NCBI GenBank assembly: GCA_965283865.1
Contig: CBDIQA010000001.1
Coordinates: 1,749,912 to 1,813,911 of the forward strand
DNA from: Allorhizobium sp.
GTDB lineage: Bacteria > Pseudomonadota > Alphaproteobacteria > Rhizobiales > Rhizobiaceae
Reading direction: 5' to 3'
Length of the DNA: 64,000 nt
This document shows, in pieces, positions 43,345 through 54,609 of the stretch. The notes beneath the pieces are model-generated. The model was not told the DNA's origin. It made no database searches and saw nothing but the letters and a program-made list of their open reading frames with translations. Positions within the stretch are counted from its first letter, which is position 1. Each line of letters starts with the position of its first letter. The position numbers were made by a program, and so were the translations under genes.

Positions 43345-44334
43345 TCAGGTCGAGTGGCCGTTGAAGGTCGAGTGCCACTTCCAGGCGGAGCGGATGATGT
43401 CGTCGATGCCGAGCTTGGGATCCCAGCCGAGGACTTCGCGGGCAAGCGTGTTGCTAGCGACGAGGCCAGGTGGGTCGCCGGGGCGGCGTTCGGTGCGCTT
43501 GATCGGCATGGGGCGGCCGGAGACGGTCTCGATGGCGGTGATCAATTCCTTGACGGTCGTGCCGTTGCCGGTGCCGAGATTGATGGCGATCGTCTCGCCG
43601 CCGTTCAGCAGATAGTCGACGGCGCGCACATGGGCGTCGGCGAGATCGTTGACGTGGATGTAGTCGCGAATGCAGGTGCCGTCGCGGGTGTCATAGTCCT
43701 CGCCGAAGATCGAGAAGAATTCGCGGCGTCCGAGCGCCGTTTCGATCGCAAGCGGGATGGCATGGGTCTCGGGCGAATGCCACTCGCCGATCCGGCCTTC
43801 GAAATCCGCACCTGCAGCGTTGAAGTAACGCAGCATGACGGATCGCATGCGGCCACAGAGGTTGAGGTCACCGAGCGCCTGCTCGACAATATGCTTGGTG
43901 CGGCCGTAAGGGTTGATCGGTTTCTGGCCGTGCTTCTCATCGAGCGGCAGATATTCCGGCGCGCCGTAGGTGGCGCAGGTGGACGAAAAGACGAAGTTGC
44001 GGATATCGGCCTCGCTCAAGGCCTGCAGCAGGCTGAGCGTACCGGATACGTTGACGTCGTAGAAGTGCTCTGGCTCCTTGAAGGACTGGCCAACCTCGAT
44101 CAGGCCGGCGAAATGCATCGCCGCCTTCGGCTGGTATTTGGCCAGCACTTCCTTCAGCCGCGCCTTGTCCCGGATGTCGCCCTGTTCTGCTGGACCCCAT
44201 TTGACGAATTCCGGATGACCCGAGGTGAAGTTGTCGTAGACGACCGGCAGATAGCCGCGCTCGGAGAGGGCGAGGCAGGTGTGGGAGCCGATATAGCCGG
44301 CGCCGCCGACGACGAGGATTGGGGTGGCAGTCAT
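43345..44334 (-). CDS. galE: UDP-glucose 4-epimerase
   Basis: GGAGYIGSH, FSSTCATYG, YGRTK, LRYFNAAGA, DGTCIRDYIHV. Confidence 0.93.
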   Translation of the reverse strand: MTATPILVVGGAGYIGSHTCLALSERGYLPVVYDNFTSGHPEFVKWGPAEQGDIRDKARLKEVLAKYQPKAAMHFAGLIEVGQSFKEPEHFYDVNVSGTLSLLQALSEADIRNFVFSSTCATYGAPEYLPLDEKHGQKPINPYGRTKHIVEQALGDLNLCGRMRSVMLRYFNAAGADFEGRIGEWHSPETHAIPLAIETALGRREFFSIFGEDYDTRDGTCIRDYIHVNDLADAHVRAVDYLLNGGETIAINLGTGNGTTVKELITAIETVSGRPMPIKRTERRPGDPPGLVASNTLAREVLGWDPKLGIDDIIRSAWKWHSTFNGHST

Positions 44335-44347
44335 GGCTGTTTCTCGA

Positions 44348-45595
<1,248 letters not shown>

Positions 45596-45659
45596 TTACC
45601 CGCCGGTCGATTCATGGTGTCACTCGGCCGGCAGTTCCTGCAGCCGCGTATTCACCGGG

Positions 45660-47711
45660 TCAGGCGGGCTTTGCAGGCCAGAGGCGCGTGTCGTGCGGGA
45701 CCGGATGGAAGGCATGCCAATCGGCGATCCGGTCCTGATAACGCTTGCGATAGGCGGCCTCATCTTCGAACTCGACTTCCGCCAGCACGACATCCGTGCC
45801 GATCTCGTAATACATCTCCATGTTGGAGAGATCCGGAACCGGGGTCTCGCCGCGTTCGCGCTCACCCTGCATCTGCCAATAGAGCTCTTCGAGACGACGC
45901 ACGAGGCGTGGAATGTCACGCAGTGCGCAGGTCTCGCGCTGGGCCTGGATGGAATTGCGGATCTGTGCGAGCGCTGCCGGGTCCCTGGCGAGCGCCACCG
46001 CCTTGCGGACATATTCGTCCGGGGAGGCGCAGATGAGTTCCGGGACGCCGGCCGACTTCACGATGCTGCTGCAGAAACGCGAAGCAAAGCTCTTGCCCGG
46101 AACGGTGAGGACCGGGAGACCCATGGTCAAGGCATCCGATGCTGTCGAATGGGCACCATAGGGGAAGGTGTCGAGGAACAGATCGGCGATCGCAATGCGG
46201 GCCAGATGGTTCGGGTTTGCCGCCTTGGGCGCGAAATAGATCCGGGCAGGATCAACGCCGGCAGAGGTCGCCAGTTCGCGCAGGCGCTGGTTCACCACAT
46301 CCGATCCGCCAAGCAGCCAGAGCACGCTGCCAGGCGTCGCCGTCAGGATCGCCATCCAGCGGGTGAAGACGCCGGCGGTGATCTTCTGCATGCCGTTGAA
46401 GCAGGCGAAGACGAAGGCGTCCTCAGGCAGACCGGCTTCCGTGCGTGTTGGGCGCGGGCCGATCAGACGCTTGCGGTCGACCGGCTGGTTGCAGGGAATG
46501 TGGAGGACCTTCTCCGTGTAGTAGAGTTCGTTGCCGGGCGGGATGATCTGCTCGTCGGCGATGATGTACTGGTGCACCGGGCTCGCCATCGTGCCGGGAT
46601 AACCGCAGAAGTTCACGATCACCGGGGCCGGGCGGTAGGAGAAGATCTTCGTGCGGGCAAGCTTGGTGTAGCCGTTGACGTCGATCAGGATATCGATCTC
46701 GTCGGCCATGATCAGCTTGGCGGCCTCAAGGTCCGACATGGCTGTGACATCACGCCATACGTCGATCACAGCCTTCATCCGGTTCTGAGTCGCGTCATTG
46801 GTGCGAGCATCGCCGATGTAATAGGCGTAGACTTCGACAGATGACTTGTCGTGCAGTTCCAGAACTTCGCTCAATGCGAAGCCTACGGCGTGATCGCGCA
46901 AGTCGGACGAAACGTAACCGATGCGCAGCCGCTGTCCGGTGCCGACCTTCTTGCGTGGTTCCGGCCTGTTGAGATGAGCAGGATCCGGGCGTCCCGCCAG
47001 CATTTTGAAGTAACGAGCGGCCTTGGCCATCTGGTAGAGCGGATCGTCGGAATAGCAGGCGAGGGGAAGCGGCGAGATCGAGTCCAGCATCTGCTTCTTG
47101 GTCACGTATTCCGATGCCTGGACGACGGGCCACTTGCACTGATGCTGGCGGACCGAAATCCAGTGCTGGCCGGCTTCGGGCTTGTCGGGGCGCAGCTCGA
47201 TCGCTTGCCAGAGGGCCGTCTCCGCATCCGCGTAGAGGCTGGCGCCTTCCATCACGCGGCCGATGTGCTGCAGTGCCATCAGTCGATGCACGGACTTGTC
47301 CGGGGTGATCTCCGATGTCTGCTCGACATAGCTGCGCCACTGCTGGATTGCTAGCGCGCCGAGCCCGCAATCCTCGTAGGTACGGCCAAGATTAATGTGA
47401 GCCTGGCCCATCATCGGGGCCGCCCTCAAGGCTGCCTTCAAAGCATTGATGGCGCCGGCCGTATCCCCGAGTGCCTTCAGGACGACGGAATAGTTGAAGA
47501 AGGCAAGATGAAGCAGAGGGCTCTGGTCGTTGAATGCGGTCCAGGTCTTGTAGAGTTCTGCCGCCAGAGCCGACTGCCCCGAGGCGCCCCAGTGTTCTGC
47601 AAGCTGCAGCAACTCAATCAGGGAGAGCTTCTGGCTTCTGGCCTTGTCCATTGCGGCAGCGAGCTGGGCGTTCTGCTCCGGGGCGAATGCTGTATGTATC
47701 ACCATCGACAT
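45660..47711 (-). CDS. TPR-containing GT41 (O-GlcNAc transferase/SPINDLY-like) protein glycosyltransferase
   Basis: N-terminal TPR-like helices; catalytic-domain motifs RLRIGYVSSDLRDHAVG, DEIDILIDVNGYT, RPAPVIVNFCGYPGT, FACFNGMQKIT, DLFLDTFPYGAHSTASDALTMGLPVLT, FASR. Confidence 0.9.
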   Translation of the reverse strand: MSMVIHTAFAPEQNAQLAAAMDKARSQKLSLIELLQLAEHWGASGQSALAAELYKTWTAFNDQSPLLHLAFFNYSVVLKALGDTAGAINALKAALRAAPMMGQAHINLGRTYEDCGLGALAIQQWRSYVEQTSEITPDKSVHRLMALQHIGRVMEGASLYADAETALWQAIELRPDKPEAGQHWISVRQHQCKWPVVQASEYVTKKQMLDSISPLPLACYSDDPLYQMAKAARYFKMLAGRPDPAHLNRPEPRKKVGTGQRLRIGYVSSDLRDHAVGFALSEVLELHDKSSVEVYAYYIGDARTNDATQNRMKAVIDVWRDVTAMSDLEAAKLIMADEIDILIDVNGYTKLARTKIFSYRPAPVIVNFCGYPGTMASPVHQYIIADEQIIPPGNELYYTEKVLHIPCNQPVDRKRLIGPRPTRTEAGLPEDAFVFACFNGMQKITAGVFTRWMAILTATPGSVLWLLGGSDVVNQRLRELATSAGVDPARIYFAPKAANPNHLARIAIADLFLDTFPYGAHSTASDALTMGLPVLTVPGKSFASRFCSSIVKSAGVPELICASPDEYVRKAVALARDPAALAQIRNSIQAQRETCALRDIPRLVRRLEELYWQMQGERERGETPVPDLSNMEMYYEIGTDVVLAEVEFEDEAAYRKRYQDRIADWHAFHPVPHDTRLWPAKPA

Positions 47712-47928
47712 CACATCTGTTGTCGGCCATGGGGCTGGCCAGGTTACGTTCCCGCGCGGAGGCGTCTAGGGAACACCTATTCGGCCTAGCTTGCTTTGGG
47801 CTTGCGTTCTGCCGCCCGCCCACATCTTGAAGCTTGCCAAATCACTTCGTCTTGTTGATAGCATCCAAGGAAAGTTGCATGTACGTAACTGGTCAACAAG
47901 AATAGATGGGTGACTTCCCGCATAGGCT

Positions 47929-47944
47929 GTTAATAGAAAATTAG
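47929..47944. promoter_or_regulatory. CtrA-like box in the divergent GT41/repeat-protein intergenic region
   Basis: Minus strand reads CTAA-TTTTCTA-TTAAC, one mismatch to TTAA-N7-TTAAC. Confidence 0.35.
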
Positions 47945-48303
47945 AGTGTGCGGCCTAATCATTTGGGCAAGACTCGTCTCACCACATTCGTTTGTACACG
48001 AATCGGTGAGGCAAGGTGCGTGTCCGGATCGGGATGCGGACCTAGGTGGTGTGGGAAGCAGAGATCAGCTCTGCTGCATGATGCCCTCTCCAACGCCAGG
48101 CTCGGTCGAGCCATGTTTTCCAAAGACTTTCGTCCGTGAGGACACCGTTGTAGGGCGTCAACAGACAATCGCTTGAAGACGGATATCAGCCACTTAGGGC
48201 GCATTATGCTCCCGGGGTCGAGACGGTGATGCACAGGCTGTGCTCCCCCGATCGGTGGCAAGGAATGCAACGGCCAACCGCAAACGTTGAAGGCGCGCGT
48301 CAC

Positions 48304-51300
48304 ATGACTTCGATTATCTCTTCTTTGAGCATCAACCAGATCAAAACGCTGTCTACCGCGACGATCGCCAACTTCACGAGCTCCGACATTGCCGCACTGA
48401 GCACAGCTCAGGTTGCGGCTCTTTCTTCGACTCAGATCGGCGCGTTGCAGACCGACGAATTCGACGGCCTCAGCTCCAGCCAGCTCGGTGCGATCTCGAG
48501 CGTCGCTGCTCGTGGACTCACAGTTGACCAGCTCGCAGTCATCGATAGCGCCAAGATGTCCGGCCTCAACAGCCGCCAGCTCGGAGCACTGACGTCCACG
48601 CAGGTCGCTGCACTGACCTCTGACCAGTTCGAAGCGCTCTCCACCTCGCAGCTCAACGCCATCAGCAGCCTGGGTCTGGCCGGCCTCCAGACCGATGACA
48701 TCGCGACGCTGACCTCCGCTGAACTCTCGGTCCTCAGCACGCGCGCACTGGCTGGCCTCTCGACCGGCAGCTTTGCAGCGCTCACCAGCAGCCAGCTCTC
48801 CGGACTGACCAGCGGTCAGATCGCCTCTCTCTCGACAGCCGTCATCGCCAATCTGACGTCCACGCAGATCGATGGCCTGACCTCGACCCAGATCTCGGCT
48901 CTTACCTCGCGCCAGATTTCGGCTCTGTCGTCTGACAATCTCGCGACCTTCTCCACGGAACAGGTCGTTGCGCTGAACAGCCGCGCTGTTGCAGCCCTCT
49001 CCTCCGCGCAGGTTTCTGCTCTCTCGAGCACCCAGGTTGGTGTTCTGACCACGAGCCAGCTTGCAGTCCTCACCTCTTCGGCCGTCCGAGGCCTCGGCGC
49101 CGACGATATCGACAGCCTGTCCTCCGACAAGATCGCTGCTCTCGCATCCAAGAGCCTCGCTGCTCTGTCGACCGACGCATTTGCTTCTCTCGACTCGACC
49201 CAGCTGGCTGCGTTGACCTCTGCAAAGGTCGGCACTCTGACCACCACGCAGATTGCCTTGCTGACCTCTGCGCAGGCTGATGGCCTGACGTCGACCCAGT
49301 TGGCCGGCCTTACCAGCGCTCAGATGAGCGCAATGTCCTCCGACACGCTGGCGTCGCTGACGACCGATCAGATCGCAGGCCTCAGCAGCCGCGTTATCGG
49401 TTCGCTGACCTCTGCCAAGGTCGCCGCACTCAGCAGCGCTCAGATTGATGGTCTCTCGACCTTGCAGCTTGCTGCCCTCAGCTCCACCGCCATCCGCGGT
49501 CTGGAAACCGCTGATATCGCGACCTTCACATCGACCGAGCTTGCAGCACTGAACTCCCGTGCCCTTGCTGCGCTTTCGACTGACAACATTGCAGCTCTCA
49601 CCTCGGGTCAGTTGACCGCTCTGTCCAGCGGACAGGTTGCTTCGCTGACCACGCAGCAGGTTGCCGCTCTCGGCAGCGCGCAGCTGACCGGCCTCAGCAC
49701 AAACCAGGTTGCCGCTCTGAGCTCTGCACAGGTGATAGCGCTCGGAACCACCAACGTGGCATCCCTGTCGACCGGGCAGGTAGCTGCGCTGAGCAGCCGC
49801 GCTGTCGGCGCGCTGACGACGGCTCAGCTCGATGCCATGACAACTGGCCAGATCGAGGCCCTCAGCTCTGCCCAGATCGCAGCTCTGTCCTCCAGCGACC
49901 TCGCTGCTCTCTCGTCCGAAGACCTGAACACCTTCACGACCGCCGAGTTTGCAAGCCTGAGCTCCGCCGCCATCCGCGGCATCACCTCCGCAGTCATCGG
50001 CAGCCTGACGACCGACCGAATCGCTGCCCTCAACACCAAAGCTGTGGCCGCTCTGGAAAGCAGCCAGGTTGCCGCGCTGACGTCCGCTCAGGTCTCTGTA
50101 TTGAGCACCAGCCAGATCGGCGCAATGAGCTCTGCTGCGGTCCGCGCGCTCGAAACCGAAGATCTCGCGACCTTCGACTCGGCCGATATCGCCGCTCTGC
50201 AGTCTCGCTCACTCGCAGCGCTCACCACCGACAAGTTCGCAACACTGACCTCGGCGCAGCTCATCGGCCTGACCTCGGCTCAGATCGCCGCTCTGTCGAC
50301 AGCGATCATCGGTACGCTCGATAGCGACCAGCTCGATGGCTTCACCAGCACTCAGGTTGCTGCTCTGTCCTCTGTCCAGCTCGCTGCGCTGACGACCGCT
50401 GCAATCGCATCGCTCGACACCGCCCAGCTCGCCGCGATCACCACCCGTGCCATCGGTGCGCTGAAGTCGGACCAGCTGAGCGCACTCAGCTCGGCACAGT
50501 TCGATGCTTTCTCGACCGGGCAGCTGGCTCAGCTGACCTCCACGGCCATCCGCGGGCTTGACACTTCTGCAGTCGGAACTCTCACCTCTTCCGAAATTGC
50601 AGTCCTGAGCAGCCGCGCAATTTCCGCTCTGTCGACCCAGAACGTTGCCCTGCTCGACTCGGCACAGATCTCTGGTCTCACCTCTGCACAGGTCACCGCG
50701 CTGACGACCGCGCAGGTTGGCATTCTCGATAGCGACCAGCTGGATGGTCTCGCCAGCGGTCTTGTCGGCCTGCTGTCCAGTGCCCAGGTCAGCGTTCTGA
50801 GCACAGACGCAGTGGCCTCGCTCTCGACCGATCAGGTCGCTGCCATCAGCAGCCGCGCATTCGGTGCACTCAGCTCTGCTCAGGTTGAGGCGATGTCCAC
50901 CGCCCAGGTGGCTGCACTCACGACCAACCAGATCGCAGCGCTTTCGAGTGCCGCCGTTGCCGGCCTCGGTACCGACGACCTCGACACCTTCGCCTCAAGC
51001 GACCTTGCTGTACTGAACTCCAAGGCTCTTGCTGCCCTGTCGACCACAAACATCGCATCTCTCGACTCGACGCAGCTTGCAGGCCTGACCACTGGCCAGA
51101 TGTCTGCAATGACCACTGCCCAGGTCGCGACCCTGGTCAGCACCCAGATCGACGGATTGACGACGGCCATCGTGGCCATGCTGTCGAGCTCGCAGATCCG
51201 GGCACTGACGACCGATGCCCTGGCCTCGCTGTCCACCGAACAGATCGCTGCGGTGAACACCCGCGCAATCGCTGCCCTCGGCTCTGACGCAGTGGCCGCC

Positions 51301-53439
51301 CTCAGCTCTACCCAGATCGGTGTTCTCACCACTGGGCAGCTGGCATCGCTGACCAGCGCTGCGGTCGCCGGTTTGACGAGCGAAGACCTCGATGGTCTGG
51401 ACTCGGCGGATCTCGCAGTCATGAACTCCCGAGCCATCGCTGCCCTCTCGACGGAGAACATCGCGTCGCTGGACAGCGCGCAGCTGAGCGGTCTGACGAC
51501 GGCGCAGGTTGCTTCTCTCACCACGGCACAGCTCGCGGCCCTCGGCTCCGCTCAGATCGACGGACTGACATCGACCCAGGTCGCAGTCCTCAGCTCTGTA
51601 CAGATCCAGGCCCTGTCCACCGACAACATCGCCTCGCTCTCCACCGAGCAGGTAGCGGCCCTGAATTCGCGGGCGGTCGGCGCACTCTCCTCTGGCCAGC
51701 TCGATGCACTGAGCACGGCCCAGGTGGCGGCGCTGGTATCCGGTCAGATTGCAGCCCTGAGCTCTGCCGACCTGGCAGCCCTCTCGTCCGCTGACATCGC
51801 GACCTTCACCACCGACGAAATCGCGGTGATCTCCTCTGCGGCGATCAGTGGCCTGTCGACGGATGCCATTGCCGGACTGGGAACTGGTCAGGTCGCTGCC
51901 ATCTCGAGCCGCGCTCTTGGCTCGCTGACCTCGGCGCAGGTCGCTGCCCTCACGACGGCTCAGTTTGCCGCCCTCTCTACCGCCCAGCTCTCGCAGCTGA
52001 GCTCGGCAGCAGTGGCCGGCATCGAGTCTGGAGACCTTGCAACGCTCGACTCCGCTGAACTTGCAGTGCTCCAGACCCGCACGATTGCGGCTCTCAGCTC
52101 CGACAAGTTCGCAACTCTGGACTCTGCACAGCTGAGTGGCCTGACGACCGGCCAGGTGGCCGCGCTGACGACCGCCCAGCTTGCGACGCTCAACAGCGGT
52201 ACGATCTCTGGTCTCAACTCGGCCCAGATTGCGGCCCTGAAGTCCAACCAGATCGCGGCCCTGTCGACCGACAGTCTCGCGGCTCTGACTTCGGCCCAGC
52301 TACCTGGACTGGCAACAAGCGGTATCGCAAGCCTGTCTTCGGACAAGATCGCGGCACTGACATCCGCCCAGTTCGACTATCTCTCGACGGCTCAGCTCGG
52401 AGCGATCAGCTCCGCCGGTATCGCCGGTCTGACGACTGAGGACATTGCGACCTTCGCTCCGACGGATCTCGCAGCCCTGAGCCCGAAGGCACTGGCCGCC
52501 ATGTCGACCACGAACTTTGCGGCTCTCGGGTCTGCACAGCTCGCCGGCATGACTACCAGCCAGATGGCTGCACTGACCACGGCCCAGATCGCGGTCCTGT
52601 CCACCGATGATATCGGCGGGCTCACCCCGGGCCAGATCGGTGCCATGACCAGCGCGCAGCTCGGGGCACTGTCGACCGAGAACCTGGCAACCTTCACGAC
52701 CAGCCAGATTGGGGCGATCGGTACCCGCGTCCTGTCCAGCCTGAATTCCGGTCAGGTGACGGCACTGACGTCCGCTCAGATCGAGGCTCTCTCGAGCGGT
52801 CAGCTGACAGCCTTGAGTTCGGCAGCGATTGCCGGTCTTGAGACCGAGGACATGGCGACCTTCACGTCGACCGAACTCGGCCTGCTGAACACGAGGACGA
52901 TTGCCGCTCTTTCGACAGGCAACTTCGCCCAGCTCACCTCGACGCAGCTTGCAGGCTTGACCCCGGGCCAGGTCGCTGGTCTCACATCGAGCCAGATCGG
53001 TGGTCTGACATCGACCCAGATTGACGGTCTCTCGACGACCCAGATCGCGGCCCTGACGACTGCCCAGGCGCAGAGCCTCTCGACCGCCGGTCTGGTGTCC
53101 TTCTCGACCGAACAGGTTGCGGCACTGAGCTCTAAGGTCGTCGGCTCGCTGTCGACCGATCAGCTGGTCGCCATGACGACGGACCAGATCGAAGCGCTGA
53201 CCTCGACACAGGTCGCAGCCCTGAGCTCGGCAGCGATCAGCGCCCTGGAAAGCGCGGATCTGGCTCTGTTCTCGACGGACGACATCGCAGCGATCAAGAC
53301 CTCCGCTATCGCCGGTCTCTCGACCGAGGACATCGGTAACTTGACCACTGCCCAGTTGCAGGCTGTTACCACGGCTCAGGTCCAGGCGATGAACACCGAC
53401 CAGGTTGCGGCCATCGTCGCTGCCTATCAGTCGATCTGA
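48304..53439 (+). CDS. Giant Ser/Thr/Ala/Leu-rich octapeptide-repeat protein (1711 aa)
   Basis: Seven-residue lead MTSIISS, then 213 consecutive 8-aa units of consensus L-[ST]-[ST]-x-Q-[IVL]-A-A; host-like codon usage; no signal peptide, TM segment or autotransporter domain visible. Confidence 0.92.
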   Translation: MTSIISSLSINQIKTLSTATIANFTSSDIAALSTAQVAALSSTQIGALQTDEFDGLSSSQLGAISSVAARGLTVDQLAVIDSAKMSGLNSRQLGALTSTQVAALTSDQFEALSTSQLNAISSLGLAGLQTDDIATLTSAELSVLSTRALAGLSTGSFAALTSSQLSGLTSGQIASLSTAVIANLTSTQIDGLTSTQISALTSRQISALSSDNLATFSTEQVVALNSRAVAALSSAQVSALSSTQVGVLTTSQLAVLTSSAVRGLGADDIDSLSSDKIAALASKSLAALSTDAFASLDSTQLAALTSAKVGTLTTTQIALLTSAQADGLTSTQLAGLTSAQMSAMSSDTLASLTTDQIAGLSSRVIGSLTSAKVAALSSAQIDGLSTLQLAALSSTAIRGLETADIATFTSTELAALNSRALAALSTDNIAALTSGQLTALSSGQVASLTTQQVAALGSAQLTGLSTNQVAALSSAQVIALGTTNVASLSTGQVAALSSRAVGALTTAQLDAMTTGQIEALSSAQIAALSSSDLAALSSEDLNTFTTAEFASLSSAAIRGITSAVIGSLTTDRIAALNTKAVAALESSQVAALTSAQVSVLSTSQIGAMSSAAVRALETEDLATFDSADIAALQSRSLAALTTDKFATLTSAQLIGLTSAQIAALSTAIIGTLDSDQLDGFTSTQVAALSSVQLAALTTAAIASLDTAQLAAITTRAIGALKSDQLSALSSAQFDAFSTGQLAQLTSTAIRGLDTSAVGTLTSSEIAVLSSRAISALSTQNVALLDSAQISGLTSAQVTALTTAQVGILDSDQLDGLASGLVGLLSSAQVSVLSTDAVASLSTDQVAAISSRAFGALSSAQVEAMSTAQVAALTTNQIAALSSAAVAGLGTDDLDTFASSDLAVLNSKALAALSTTNIASLDSTQLAGLTTGQMSAMTTAQVATLVSTQIDGLTTAIVAMLSSSQIRALTTDALASLSTEQIAAVNTRAIAALGSDAVAALSSTQIGVLTTGQLASLTSAAVAGLTSEDLDGLDSADLAVMNSRAIAALSTENIASLDSAQLSGLTTAQVASLTTAQLAALGSAQIDGLTSTQVAVLSSVQIQALSTDNIASLSTEQVAALNSRAVGALSSGQLDALSTAQVAALVSGQIAALSSADLAALSSADIATFTTDEIAVISSAAISGLSTDAIAGLGTGQVAAISSRALGSLTSAQVAALTTAQFAALSTAQLSQLSSAAVAGIESGDLATLDSAELAVLQTRTIAALSSDKFATLDSAQLSGLTTGQVAALTTAQLATLNSGTISGLNSAQIAALKSNQIAALSTDSLAALTSAQLPGLATSGIASLSSDKIAALTSAQFDYLSTAQLGAISSAGIAGLTTEDIATFAPTDLAALSPKALAAMSTTNFAALGSAQLAGMTTSQMAALTTAQIAVLSTDDIGGLTPGQIGAMTSAQLGALSTENLATFTTSQIGAIGTRVLSSLNSGQVTALTSAQIEALSSGQLTALSSAAIAGLETEDMATFTSTELGLLNTRTIAALSTGNFAQLTSTQLAGLTPGQVAGLTSSQIGGLTSTQIDGLSTTQIAALTTAQAQSLSTAGLVSFSTEQVAALSSKVVGSLSTDQLVAMTTDQIEALTSTQVAALSSAAISALESADLALFSTDDIAAIKTSAIAGLSTEDIGNLTTAQLQAVTTAQVQAMNTDQVAAIVAAYQSI

Positions 53440-53482
53440 TAGGAAGGGGCGCGTCTCGCGCCCCTAACCACCGACACGCTGA

Positions 53483-53515
53483 AGAGCCCCGCCCTTGCCG
53501 GCGGGGTTCTCGTTT
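53483..53515 (+). terminator. Terminator-like hairpin after the repeat-protein gene (second hairpin at 53445-53465)
   Basis: AGAGCCCCGCC-CTTGCC-GGCGGGGTTCT-CGTTT; upstream AGGGGCGCG-TCT-CGCGCCCCT. Confidence 0.6.
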
Positions 53516-53693
53516 GGGCGAAGCTTTTCGCGATTAGGCGCTAGCTAGGCCCGCCGCTCTCCATCAGGTTAGCTCAGCCGCGGTGGGTTTTCGTAGTGCA
53601 GAGCCATGCTGCACCAGGAAAACGCCGCCCCAGATCTTGAGGCGGCGTCTTCAATTGCGTGGCTGAATGGCTGTTGCGGACTATCCCTGGTCC

Positions 53694-54593
53694 TCAGACG
53701 CGAACCTTCGCCGCATCCCGTGCCAAGGCCTCTTCCGTCGCGCTGCGTCGATACCAGACGGTGATGATCGACGAGGTGATGACGATGAAGAGGCTGTAGA
53801 GGATCGGAATGAACAGCACTTCCTGCTGCTGAATGCCGGTGAAGGAGAGCGTGACGATCAGGGCGGCCAGCGGCCCGTTCTGAATGCCGGTTTCAAGGCT
53901 GATGGTGCGGGCGCGGTTGCTGTCTTGGCGAAGGCCGCGGGCAAGCCAGTAGCCGAGCAGCATGCCGGTCAGGCCGATCCCGATCGCGGCGATATAGACG
54001 GGGAAGGGGGTGTCGAGCAGCATCTGATAATTGCGCGGCACCCAGGAGCCGATCAGGAACAGGATGACGACAACGCCGAGCAGCGATCCGATCATCTCGA
54101 TCGTGGCCCCGACATTGGCATTCATCTTGCGCAGGAACATGCCGAGCACGGTCGGTACGAGCAGGACCACCAGAACTTGCGCGACATTGCCGGCCGGGAT
54201 CACATAGTCGCCGCCAAGTCCTGCCAGTCCGCTGTAAAAGCTGAGGAGGAAGGGCACCGTGACGACGGCAACCAGCGTCGAGACCGTCGTCATCATGATC
54301 GACAGCGCCAGCACGCCCTTGGAGAAATAGGCGAAGATGTTGCTGGTCGTGCCGCCCGGCATGCAGGCGATCAGGATCAGGCCGGCCGCCATTCCTGCGG
54401 GAAGCCCGAGGATGACCGCCAGGGCGTAGCCCAGAAATGGCATGATCATGTATTGGCTCAAAAGGCCGACCAGAATGCCCTTCGGCTTGCGAAAGGCGAT
54501 GAAGAAGTCGCGCCAGGTCATCGAGGCGCCCATGCCGAGCATGATCACCATCATCATGATGCCGAGCAGGGTGGTTTCAAGTTCCGTCAACAT
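53694..54593 (-). CDS. Bile acid:sodium symporter (BASS) family transporter
   Basis: MLGMG, QYMIMP, PGGTTSN, LALSIMMT, RTISLETGIQN. Confidence 0.92.
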   Translation of the reverse strand: MLTELETTLLGIMMMVIMLGMGASMTWRDFFIAFRKPKGILVGLLSQYMIMPFLGYALAVILGLPAGMAAGLILIACMPGGTTSNIFAYFSKGVLALSIMMTTVSTLVAVVTVPFLLSFYSGLAGLGGDYVIPAGNVAQVLVVLLVPTVLGMFLRKMNANVGATIEMIGSLLGVVVILFLIGSWVPRNYQMLLDTPFPVYIAAIGIGLTGMLLGYWLARGLRQDSNRARTISLETGIQNGPLAALIVTLSFTGIQQQEVLFIPILYSLFIVITSSIITVWYRRSATEEALARDAAKVRV

Positions 54594-54609
54594 GTGGATT
54601 TGCCCTCGC

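Noticed and set aside
48256-48270. Possible sigma-54 promoter TGGCAAGGAATGCA
   Set aside because: GG-to-GC spacing is 8 nt rather than the required 10.
48226-48303. Upstream GTG start for the repeat protein given in the ORF track
   Set aside because: The extra 26 residues differ in composition (Cys, Trp, His). ATG 48304 has a plausible RBS and gives an exact 7+213x8 register.
48304-53439. Calling the repeat protein an ice-nucleation protein because of its 8-residue period
   Set aside because: It lacks the AGYGSTxT/SxLxA 16/48-residue repeats, the Tyr/Gly ladders and the unique terminal domains of InaZ-type proteins; its higher-order period is 136/80 aa.
48304-53439. CRISPR array or DNA tandem repeat
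   Set aside because: The repeats are degenerate at nucleotide level and conserved only as amino acids; there are no identical repeats with spacers and no cas genes.
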